A stretch of 64,000 bases of DNA from Guillardia theta CCMP2712. Its lineage: Eukaryota > Protista > Cryptophyta. Numbering within the stretch: position 1 is the first letter of the stretch; each line of letters opens with the position of its first letter. Below, piece by piece: positions 25,438 to 36,146 of this stretch. The notes beneath the pieces were generated by a model, which made no database searches, was not told the origin of the DNA, and was given only the letters and a program-made list of their open reading frames with translations. The DNA is taken from NCBI RefSeq assembly GCF_000315625.1, contig NW_005434595.1:1-64000 (forward strand), written 5' to 3'. The translations under genes and the position numbers were made by a program.

Positions 25438-27720
25438 TCATGGCACGCCTGTTCGGCCTTCTCCCCGCGATTGCGATGATGATGCAGGCGATGGAGGCGA
25501 GCATGGCGTAAGCGAACATGATCCATCCTCTCTGACGACTTCATCCTCAGATCGCAGGCAAGACTGAGGTCGTCCGGCACCGAGCTCGCCAGAATCTTTA
25601 CCCGCTGGAGGTGGCGACTTGCTATCAGTGTTGTAGCCGAACATGTCGAGTGACATTCTGAATGTCAAGGTCCGAGTCGAGAAGATCAGCACCTTAGCTC
25701 GTCTTGAGGGCGATGCGTCAGGTTTGTCTTGTGGCTGCTTGTCAAGGCCGTGAGTGACTGCGACGATCGGCAGGGTCGAGTTTCCAGCCATCTTGCTTCG
25801 ATGCCAAGATCGAGATCGAGCATGATTGCTCCGAGGTAACTAAGGAACAGCGGAGAAGCAGGAGGGCAGCTGGGTTGGAATGTGACCCACTCATAATTGA
25901 GACGGGGATTGAGAGAGGGAGGGTGCAAGGTTAGGAGGGGCCATGGACGGTGGGGAGGAAGTGGCGGAGCGATAAGCTCAACCTCTGAAGGATTTTCAAG
26001 GCGAGAACATGTGGCTGCATGAGCAGTGTTCTGTCGATTCAGGTTTTACCCAGCGGGTGGATGGTTTGTGCATGAAAGTTTTTGTAGATCGTCAACGGGG
26101 GAGAGATAGTTCGAACTCGTCTGGACGAGGTTTCAAATGTCTTTGAAAGAGAAGCCGTCACATTCAATGTCACCTTGTGTGCACCAGAAGCTGGTTGGTG
26201 TATCATGTGAAGATGCCTCGCTTCTCACTGAGTTCACTTCTTCCTCTAGTGACTGGCAAAGTGACTGAAACGTTCCACGTCGGCTTGATGACGTCACTGT
26301 CACGGTCGGAAGGGGGCAGGCCAGTCTCATGGACCTGTGCGAACATATCAAGCTCTGGACAAGTCGGAGATTGCGAGATCGAGAAGAGCTCGAAAGAATC
26401 TTCTACAGTGGTTGTGACAGGAATCTCTAAGGGAAATGAAGTGAGATTTTGTCGCTTGTCAGAGATTTCGTCCACCTTCTTACTTGCTCTCTCGGACAGA
26501 GCTGTGCGAACCCGGAGGCTGCATCGAATCTGTTGAAAGATGCGGTACTTGTTCAAGTGATTGTGCTCCTGTACACTCATTCGAGTTGAATGCAGAGAAG
26601 TCACATGCAGGCTGGACGCTTTTCGAGCGCGCTACTCTCTTTGAAACAGATCCTTGAGGACGAGCGATCAGAGATGAAGGAGTACAAGGTGCAGGCAGCG
26701 AGGCTGAGAAACTCTCTCCTTCCTCCATTGCTGCTATCTCACAGGTAAAGTTTGTGTGCTTGTTTCAATCTTGCAATGAAGGTGACTTTGTCGACGATGC
26801 AGATGTTGTGACTCTTTGAATCCTCATTGCGCATCTCTCGACAAATCTCTTCTGTTTGCGACTGATTCTTGGGTCAACCCGCCCTGTCGTGTTGAGCCCT
26901 CTGACCATCCCGCCAGGTAGAGGAGGACATCATCAAAATTGTCGGGAGAGATCAGTGCAGCGGGCTGTTTGTAGAGGTATGACGTCTGTACTCTCCTTGC
27001 CGTGCTCTGAAAGGCGTAGATCGGAGCAGGGGATGGCGTTTCCAACAGTCCGACGCTTTTCCTGGAGAAGTTCATGGGATGGAAAGGAGCTCTCTTCGAG
27101 GCAGAGCAGGAGGAGCTGGTGTCCTGCCATAGTGACGACGATGAACAGGATGATGAGGAGAATTTCAAGTTGCTCGAGAGTAATGGTAGATCAGCTGCCA
27201 AGTACAAAGACGGCTTCCGAACTAGTGGAGGTGGTGTGCTGCTAACGTTTGCGTTTGTTCTTATCATTCCCTGCGTGCAGGAGTATTTGACGCTCGAGAT
27301 GCCATCAAAAAGATGTTTGATTCCTCCAAGGACGGAATCCAGATCATCTTCCTTAATCTGGCTGGTGAACTACAGCTGGAGGCACTGAAGGCCATGAAGT
27401 TGGAGCCGTCGGCTGGTTGCATGCTTCTTGTCCTGTCTCGCTCTCTCACTGGGAACTTGGCGTTCAGGTGAAGAGGGGATGCTAGTTCCATACACATACC
27501 TGTTGGCGGTGGAGCATGACGGGACGATACACGAGGAGGTATCGGAACATTTTTCTTCTTGTTTGGGTTTAACCAGCGCGAATGTCAGGCCAAAAGTCTT
27601 CTAGCTGCCAAGGACTACGCCTGGAGAGCAGGTGCAGGCGAAGAAGGAAAGGGACGACGATACGACATCTACCACTACACCTTCCCGAGTCATCTGATGG
27701 AGGCCATGATGAACCAGGCC
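25438..27720 (-). CDS. Large Ser/Pro-rich multi-exon protein of unknown function
   Basis: Chain of minus-strand open frames (27267-26824, 26728-26480, 26604-26203, 25791-25438) with coding-like composition. No domain recognised; exon boundaries unresolved. Confidence 0.45.
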
Positions 27721-27749
27721 GCTAGTCAAGCAAGCTCAGCCTCATGATG

Positions 27750-29200
27750 CCAGTCAGATGCCCCTGAGACCAGCAAGCCCCCGGGCCTGCCATCATCCGA
27801 TACTGATCTCTGACTTCTCTCTTCACTGGCTCAGCCTTGACTCGAAGTCTTCGTGGCCACTGCGGCCTTGGAATCATTCAAATAGTGCGGCAGGAGGGCG
27901 GGGCGCCCCCGTTATCCGAATGATGCTGTGCTGAGTCCCGGGTCACTCTGCGAGCGGCGGCGGCACGGTGAGGCGGCGAATCATTGCGAAGTTGGCATGG
28001 CATGCCACGGCACTGCAGTCCGATCACCCGGCGCCATTATACCCGCCCGGCGGCGCCGGTCTGACGGCGCCAGGCGCCGGTTTGTGCCAGGGCGGCCGGA
28101 GGCTGGCCGCCGGGCCCCGGCCAGTCACTTGACTCAATGATCGGGCGCAGTGTCACCGGATCGGACACCGTCCCGGCGGAGCCGCTCACTCCGACTCTGA
28201 GCCCCGGTCAATGCGCGGCCATCCGATCCGAGTCATGGCCAGGCTCGGATCATGCCGATCATCCGGCGGATGGCGGGCTCGCCGGTGCCACGGTGACCGG
28301 CGGTGTCTGTGTCGGATCATCGGACCGTCACTGTGGTCGGGGTCGCGCGCCGCCGTGGCGGCGGGCAGCGGCTGACTCGGGTGCAGTGCCCGGCGGGCTC
28401 AGTGCTCAGCGTGGCATGACCGTGCCTCTGTGAGACGGTGCCGGCCCACCGCCGCCGTGTCACACTGTGACACTGAGTGTCAAACCGTGTTCGGCCCGAA
28501 AGGTGGCCCCGGTCAGTGACTGAGTCGGACTCCGGGAACTTTCAAGTTTCTCGCCGGATCATCATGCGGCGCCGGACGGTGACTCGAACTTGAAAGGAAT
28601 AAATAGGGAACTTAGAACTAGCCCCCGGATCATGGAACTTCGGAAATTTGTGCCAGTGACAGGCTATCTCAGCCCGCCTCTGTCGATCGGAAAACTGTGA
28701 CCGTCAGCGGCGGATCCGAGTCCCGGAGGTCGGAGGTCGGAGTGACTGACTCCCGAGCCTGAGCAGCGTGAACGAATTTCGAGCCTGATCACGGTTACTG
28801 TACTACTCAGCCAGTGTGACGGCACTGTGCCAGCCTCACTGCTCGGAGTGGCCCCGGACCGGGATGACCGGGTGCCAGAGGCGAGGACTGTGTGTCCCCG
28901 CAGTAGTGTACCAGGGCCACCGTACCGTCGGTGCGATCATCGGATTGCCGTGCAGACTGAGTGCCGTGTCATAAGCCGCGAGGGCCGCCGGGATGATTTT
29001 TACGTGGCCCGCGCAAAACAACCTAATTTCATTCTTTCCCCGAACTTGTGCGGCGCTAAAACCAGTCTCCCCTAACGTCCGGCCTCACCGTCGACGGTCG
29101 GATCGGCTGGGCGTCCAGTTGGTCACGGCACGGCACTGTGCTGGGTCACGCAGCTCGTGTAAGGCTGCTGGGGAGGCTGCGGAGGACCGGCGAGGTCACC
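27750..29200. other. GC-rich short-word mosaic island
   Basis: About 1.4 kb of CCGG, GAGTC, GTCAC, GGATC and AACTT words with local micro-duplications (GGAGGTCGGAGGTCGGAG). Confidence 0.75.
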
Positions 29201-30132
29201 TTGTTTCAGTTTGTACCGAGATAACCGTTTGTAACCGTAAGATGTGTCTAAGGAACAATCAAGTCACGGGCTGCTAAAAATGGACCAGGAGCTTTACACT
29301 CATCGTGACTGTTGAGGCCTGAGAGTCATTGAGGTAGGGTAGTATATTGGACCCGTACCTGTCCACATCTAATTCAGTATCTCATGGGGTGGGGTGTCCA
29401 AACGCTGACTTTTGAGGAGGAGGGTGGGGATTGGGGACAAGCCAACGGAAGAGGTCGTTGAAGTAAGAGCGGTAGTACTACCCCCGCACTGTCACTACCC
29501 AGGGGAGCAATTGGATCAAAATTCAGTCAAATGGAGGGTAGTGGTTGGTTGAAAAAGAGTTCAATGTGTGGTGGGTGGTTGAGAATCACTCCGGGCCACG
29601 ACGAGTCCGTGGGCAATACTTGTAGCGAAAAGACTTATTTTCATTTCTCAGTAATTTCCAAAAACAGAAGTTTTCGATTTGCAGCAACCTTCGAGATCCA
29701 CGTGGAGACAAATGGAAGTTGGGTACGCTTCTTGTAGGAATTGGGGGTGGTTGGTGGAGAAATCTGCCAAGAGGTATGGTATAGGTACAAGATTCTTCAA
29801 TTGAGGTAGAATGGAATCGATAGAGCCATACAGGACAAGGTCAGGAAGCTGTGCCCTTTATAACACGAGGGGAAATAGACTCAGAATGGGGAGGTGGGGT
29901 AGTCCTGTTGGGGGGAGGGGATTTTTAGCTTGGGTGGGGTGGGAGAGCCCTTAATTTCCTCTGTAGCGAAGCAAACGTCACTTCGAAAGCTCGCATCTGC
30001 AGTTACCACCTGTCTTTCTCTCTCATACCTGTGTCCCGCATAATCAAGAAGTTCTAGAGTGCAAGTTATCAATCTAAGATCATTCCTTACTCCTTGTCAC
30101 GAGAAAACTGCTGCAATTTAAACTAAAGGAGA

Positions 30133-30501
30133 ATGGCACAGAATCTTGCTGAGACTGTTCGCAACATTGCGCATCTGTTTCAAGAACCCATCAAGCCACA
30201 CGCTATCAGACGGGCATCGTCAGCTGATAGCATCTATTCTCTACGCATCTGTGAGGTATCCTTCGAGGAAACTCTTGAATCTCTCGCAAACCTCTCGCTC
30301 CCCGACACCAACGACCAGGAGCAAGGCATCTTCGAGCTGGACACCAGCCTCAACAAGAGCCTCGCTCCCAGCCGATGTGAGCGAGTGCATCTGGAGTCGA
30401 GCTATGAGGAGGGCGGAGAGGAGCGGTACGTGAGGCGAGGGCGATGGGAGGGCGTACGGGGGGAGTACAATCGAAGCATAGCGATGTCAGCCATCGAGTA
30501 A
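30133..30501 (+). CDS. Short intronless orphan family, paralog A (122 aa)
   Basis: ATG-TAA ORF whose 3' ~210 bp is nearly identical to paralogs B and C. Confidence 0.8.
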   Translation: MAQNLAETVRNIAHLFQEPIKPHAIRRASSADSIYSLRICEVSFEETLESLANLSLPDTNDQEQGIFELDTSLNKSLAPSRCERVHLESSYEEGGEERYVRRGRWEGVRGEYNRSIAMSAIE

Positions 30502-32027
30502 TGTTGAGAGGTTGTTTGCTTGATTTTTGGATCGAATGATGGCTTGTAAATTTTGTGTATTCTATTTGAAGGAGCTAGATTTGTTTGTCAAGAGTGTATC
30601 AACAGTTCTGAGGAATAAAATGATGAAAGATGACCTTTGAGTCACTGATTTTTTCCAATTTCGAAATCGTCCCAAAACTTGATTGATGATGCACTAACGA
30701 TGATCTACTCCCAGTCATTATTCCTGGGATCTTTCATGATGTCATTGCATTCAGGAGGCAGTCAAGGAGATTGATGAGCAGAGCAGTAAATGTGTCTGAA
30801 TTGCAAATATCTTCACTCGGGCACACACTATTGATAGTTTTTCAATGTATAGACTATGTTTTTTCTCATTGTTCGAAGATTGAAGTACACAGAAAACTTT
30901 GCATTAAGAATATGTACCTGTTGTCCATTCAAGCTCGAGAGACTTTCGATGAGTTGGTCGTCAGTCATGATCAAAGTAGTTCTGACTTTCAGTCTCTGTT
31001 TATAAGTGCCAGCACGTATCAAGAGTCTCATGCCAAGCACGAAGCTCCCTCGCTTATTCTCTTTGGAGAGCGAGATGATGAAAACGTCAGTCAAAGACCT
31101 TCTGAAGGTACCTAAACCCAACCTAAGAACAGCTTCGCAGGTAATCCAGTGTTGAAAGAATAAGTGTATTTCAACACGCCTTATCATTCTACATGTACAC
31201 GCCGCCTATCAGTACCATAGCCAAGATCTATATCAAACTTGAAGGCATGGACGGCGTGCGATTTGTTCTTGTCATGAATTTCTATATTGAGTTTCTTGCG
31301 AAATTCCTTCTTATCGGATCAGCCAACAAGCTCTCCGATTTCTTGCGAGCTGGCTGTTGCGTTGACGTGCAGTTGGTCCATCATTCAGTGATCTAGCTGC
31401 ATTCTGCACGAATTGAGACCACGAACAGATTCTTCACTGTAAGTGTAAGATTTTGACGTAAATTCGAGTGAACATAATGAATTCAGTGTATGCAGCCAAA
31501 TAACTGCAAATTAGAACGTAAATAAACATTTACTACAATGCATTTACAAATTGATTACACCTCTTGGCTTTCGATCGGTTAGCAAACATCAATAGCTTAG
31601 ATTGCATTAATAACGCATTCATCGGAATCGCTCGTCAATTCTTTGAAAAAACAACATCTTTCAGTTTTACAGAGATGATCAACATCGAGATTATCAACAA
31701 TGAAGTGATCACCCAACAATGAAAAGCGAATCAGTCTGGAAGAATGAGTTCATTTTCTTATCAAAACATCATGTCAAAACGATGTTTCGAAAGGGGAATT
31801 TTGTCTTTGAGGAAATTAATTCACAAACGAAACAACACTGCAATACGAATAGCGGCCCCTCACTTGCTCTTCAAGGAAATGCACACGAGATCATTGATGA
31901 AAAATATACATGACAACCCTTAGTCCATGTCAACAACATCAAAAATGTAACTTGACGATCCTCGTGTCTCCATTCCACCATACGATGCTGGTAAAATTTC
32001 TCCTCACCCCAATAAAAAAACGTACAG

Positions 32028-32101
32028 TGGTTCCGCCCAGGCTCGAACTGGGGATCTTTCGCGTGTGAGGCGAACGGATTAACCAACTTTCCCACGGAAC
32101 C
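32028..32101 (-). tRNA. tRNA-Val (anticodon CAC)
   Basis: Reverse complement GGTTCCG TG GGAA AGTTGGTTA ATCC G TTCGC CT-CAC-AC GCGAA AGATC CCCAG TTCGAGC CTGGG CGGAACC A folds as a cloverleaf. T7 Pol III terminator at 32020-32014; TATA-like element about 30 bp upstream. Confidence 0.96.
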
Positions 32102-32144
32102 TGTTTACTCAACCAAGTCTATTTTAGGTATATAAAGACAGTTA

Positions 32145-33050
32145 GCTGCCCGGGCCTCCGATTGCCCCGCACCGCCGCGGTGCCGGTGAAACTTTCAAGT
32201 TTGCAGGCCCTTGAAGCTTTTCTACCGTAGTACCTTGAAAACATTGAGTAAACAAAAAAAATCATCAGCGGTCACAGTGCCTGCCAGGTCGTTCAAGTTA
32301 CTTTACCGTTAGTGACTCACTAGTGGGTGAGTACCACCGGTCACGTGTACCGCCGGGCCCGGCCGCCGCCGGCAGCGGCCCGGACCGTGACTCCGGGTGG
32401 CTGAGGATTGGTTTTGGTTCTCGCAGTCTCTTCATAAGTTCTCTTCGGACTCGCTTCGCCGTTTAGCCTGGCACGGTGCGACAGTCACGGTGTCAGGGAC
32501 GCCGGGTCAAGCCGGGGCCGCTCCGAGGCTCAGATCGGACTCGGACCCGGTCTCGGCCGCTGCCAGTCGGGGGCCGATCTCCTGACTCGGTCCGATCGGT
32601 CACCGGGTCACCCAGGTTCTCGTACCGTCTGATTTTTAACTAAGTTAGTAACTTTGAGTAAAAAAAAGGCAGCCAGTGACAGCCGGGCGGCGCAAGTCAC
32701 ACGGCGGCCCGTCACAGTGAACTTGGAACTTGAGTTCAAGTGACGCCCGGCCGGGTCCGGTCTACCGTCGCCGCGAGCCTCCGCGTCGGAGCGGCTCGTC
32801 CGACGGGGACTCCGACTCGTTCCGAAAAGTCGCCGGCCGCCCGGCGTGACGGACTCGCGGCCCGGGCCGGCCGGGCGGCACACCGAGTCACACGAGTCAC
32901 TGTCTTGCACTGCGGCACCTACGGAGTACCGGCGACGGTAAAGTTGACTGTATGTCTGTCGGATTCACCCTTTTCGGGACCGTGCCGCGTCACGGCAAAA
33001 TCCATGACCGACGGAGTTCAGGACCCACCGCTGACGGTCAGAAGATGACT
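32145..33050. other. GC-rich short-word mosaic island with conserved AT-rich core
   Basis: Core variant TGATTTTTAACTAAGTTAGTAACTTTGAGTAAAAAAAA at 32630-32667; partial core TTGAGTAAA at 32244. Confidence 0.75.
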
Positions 33051-33153
33051 TGCTGATCTTTACCACACTGTTATTCACCTCGTGACCGAAACTTTCACCT
33101 CCTTGAAGCTTTCAAGAACTACCTCCCTCCACATCCTCCGCACCCTCGCCGGC

Positions 33154-33525
33154 ATGCTGATGTTTACGACTACCGTTTCACATGCACTGCCTGACATGGT
33201 GAAGCCGGCTCGGATCGCAAGCCCATCCTCGTCCGTCGTCGACATCGCGGCATTCTTCAAGACAGCCGGCGAGACCGACAGCATCGTTGGCGATGCTCTG
33301 GAGGATCTCGCAAACCTCTCGCTCCCCGACACCAACGACCAGGAGCAAGGCATCTTCGAGCTGGACACCAGTCTCAACAAGAGCCTCGCTCCCAGCCGAT
33401 ATGAGCGAGTGCATCTGGAGTCGAGCTATGAGGAGGGCGGAGAGGAGCGGTACGTGATGCGAGGGCGATGGGAGGGCGTACGGGGGAAGTACAATCGCAG
33501 CATAGCGATGTCAGCGATGGTGTGA
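33154..33525 (+). CDS. Short intronless orphan family, paralog B (123 aa from ATG 33154)
   Basis: Shared 3' cassette LANLSLPDTNDQEQGIFELD...YNRSIAMSA. Confidence 0.8.
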   Translation: MLMFTTTVSHALPDMVKPARIASPSSSVVDIAAFFKTAGETDSIVGDALEDLANLSLPDTNDQEQGIFELDTSLNKSLAPSRYERVHLESSYEEGGEERYVMRGRWEGVRGKYNRSIAMSAMV

Positions 33526-34049
33526 CTGGAAGAACGAATGCTCTTTCGTACGATCACTTTTTTCATGACGACAGAAATGTTTCAATGAGTGGCATTGGTT
33601 TCTGTTTGGATGATGTTTTTTTTTAGGTATACTGCATGATGTAGATATGATTGGGGTGTAATAAATAGAAATCACTGCATCGTGATACCCTGGGATCCAG
33701 TGCCACAAAAGTTGTTTGATATCAAGCCTCGATTAGACTGTTACATCAATGAGATCTCTGAACATGTGAAAACAATGGCTATGTGCTCCTAATTTGCAAG
33801 TTCCGCCTCAAGTGCACCCTGATCATTGCAAGATTTTGAAATACCTCAAACATATTTTGGCAGACGTCTGCTATCACGAGGCCGGGGATTTGAGCAGAGA
33901 GTGACAAAATCTCATGACAACACTGAAGATTGTTCTTTTACCGTCTCTACCTCCATCACTCATCATGACAGTGTTTTCATGTCATCACTGGATCCTTGTT
34001 TGACGGTAGATGGCGCGGACCGTTCTCAGAAACCTAGCAAAGTGAGCTC

Positions 34050-34780
34050 AACTCAGACTGCATGTCCCCGCCGTATGGGACAGCACTCAAGGCTAGAACT
34101 CAAGGCCCACAGCCCACAGGCTGCTGCGGGCGGCCGCGGGCCGCCCGCCCGGCCGGAACGTCGGTCTCGGATCGGATCGCTCTGACCGCCGCGCGCCACC
34201 GTCCGGCCCGGCCGTACGGTAATAGCCCGGCCGGGCCCTGTACCCAGCGGCTCGAGTCCGCCCTGAGTCGAGCGGTCACTGATTCACGTTAATGCCGGGG
34301 CCCGGCCGTCACTGACGCCGCGGGCCGCCGCTGTGAGTCTGGCCCCGGAGGCGGCTGGCGGCAGCCTCTGTGCCACGGTGAGGACCGTACCTGGCTGAGG
34401 ACGGTCGGACCGGCCCGGGCCGCGGCCGCGGATCGGACCGCGGCACGGTACGGTACTAAGTACGGTCCTCAGCCGCGGGCCGTCGGACGGTCGGATCCGG
34501 CGTCTCGGAGTCTTACCGTACTGAGTCACCGTCCGATCCGATCAGTCAGTGAGGACCGGCCGATCGGCGACCGTCAACGTACGGTCCTCCGACCGGGTCG
34601 GCGTACGGTACGGTCCCCGGCTCCGACGGCGACGGCGACGCCGGGTCGGCGATCCGGCGAGCCTCGGAGCCTCGGAGCCTCGGAGTCTGAGTCTGAGTCT
34701 CACAGTGAGCACGGTACCGGGTAATGACCGGGTGTCTGCCAGAGCCTCGGCGGAGACATGAGCCGTGACGACCATTTGGA
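34050..34780. other. GC-rich short-word mosaic island
   Basis: CGGTACGG, CGGATCGG, GAGTC and CGGCCG words; stutters such as GAGCCTCGGAGCCTCGGAGCCTCGGAGTCTGAGTCTGAGTCTC. Confidence 0.75.
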
Positions 34781-35219
34781 TTGTTCTCAGCAGTAATAAT
34801 GGAGTCACGTGGGGGCTTCAAAAGTCACGAGGTATGGTTGCTTTACAAGCTAATTCTCCTGAGTACCCCTGTTTGCCTCTTCTGTGTACCCACCCAAAAA
34901 AACTTCATTGTCACGGCAAGAGGTCATCGTGTCCGGAGCGACCTCTTTGTTTTTGACTGGAAGGTTCTAGAGAAGTTGGAATGAAGCTTGCAGGGTCAGC
35001 ATGCCGTGCCAGACCAGAGCATACCGTGGGGTACTTTCAGGATTTAGGAGGGGTAGTCTTGGTCTTGCCTTCTTGGAACGTGTAAGGGAGACAAATCTGT
35101 AAAGCATGGTTCCCATGTGACTGCGACGAATGCTGACATGGCATCGTGACCCAGCTTCAATAAAAGCCTCTGCTGGATGGAGGGGGCATCGAAGTCCTCT
35201 TGAAGCGCAGACGGCAGCC

Positions 35220-35588
35220 ATGCAGAGATCTCTATCATCCCGCAACTCTCATCTCCTCGACTCGTTCAAGCCATCGAAGGTTGAAAGCCCTTGCTCCTCA
35301 GTCGTCGACATCGCGGCATTCTTCAGGAAAGGCACTTCGGGGGGGAGCTTCAAGGGGGCGCTTGAAGCTCTCGCAAACCTCTCGCTCACGGACACCAACG
35401 ACCAGGAGCAAGGCATCTTCGAGCTGGACACCAGTCTCAACAAGAGCCTCGCTCCCAGCCGATATGAGCGAGTGCATCTGGAGTCGAGCTATGAGGAGGG
35501 CGGAGAGGAGCGGTACGTGAGGCGAGGGCGATGGGAGGGCGTACGGGGGGAGTACAATCGCAGCATAGCGATGTCAGCGATGGAGTAA
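35220..35588 (+). CDS. Short intronless orphan family, paralog C (122 aa from ATG 35220)
   Basis: Shared 3' cassette; also shares the SSVVDIAAFF block with paralog B. Confidence 0.8.
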   Translation: MQRSLSSRNSHLLDSFKPSKVESPCSSVVDIAAFFRKGTSGGSFKGALEALANLSLTDTNDQEQGIFELDTSLNKSLAPSRYERVHLESSYEEGGEERYVRRGRWEGVRGEYNRSIAMSAME

Positions 35589-35765
35589 CTTGTTCTGTCT
35601 ATTTCTTCTTTTATTCTTTATTTTTCTTTCTCCGATGTTTTTGTAGCGCATATGAGAGAGCCTTTGGATGTACATATGGTAGAGGACGACTAATTAATGG
35701 AAATAAATCAGCTCATACAAATCACTTGATCCTTGCTTCATTCGTCTACAGAATGTTTGAAGGAT

Positions 35766-35841
35766 GAAGAATATCTTCGTGGTTGAAGAATATCTTCGGG
35801 GTTGAAGAATATCTTCATGGTTGAAGAATATCTTCATGGTT
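35766..35841. repeat. 19-bp tandem repeat x4 with internal inverted repeat
   Basis: Unit GAAGAATATCTTC(GT/GG/AT)GGTT; GAAGA-ATA-TCTTC is self-complementary. Confidence 0.9.
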
Positions 35842-36146
35842 AACTTCTTGTGCCTGCCGCCCATCAGATTCTTTGATTCCACCATCGTCTGACATCAAGG
35901 CTAACTAGTATACTTTCGATTCCCAGTGCATTTTCTTCGGTTTGGGCATTTTCTCTTCGTTTGCATGAAGTCTGCAAGTATTTGCACGATGAAACGGAGT
36001 TTGTTTGAAAAGAATGTTTTAATCCTATTTACAAGACGTGGAGATACGAACGATCATGTAAGAGTAGCGAGAGAGAGCGGGACAAGCCGTGTTCCTACTC
36101 CCATGCAGGATGAGCAACATGCCCTGACTCAAGGGTAAGTTCGGCA

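Noticed and set aside
30700-31440. Possible minus-strand gene or pseudogene between paralog A and the tRNA
   Set aside because: Coding-looking stretches are broken by stops; no motif or convincing splice model found.
35766-35841. CRISPR-like palindromic repeats
   Set aside because: No unique spacers (units are contiguous 19-mers), no cas genes, eukaryotic context.
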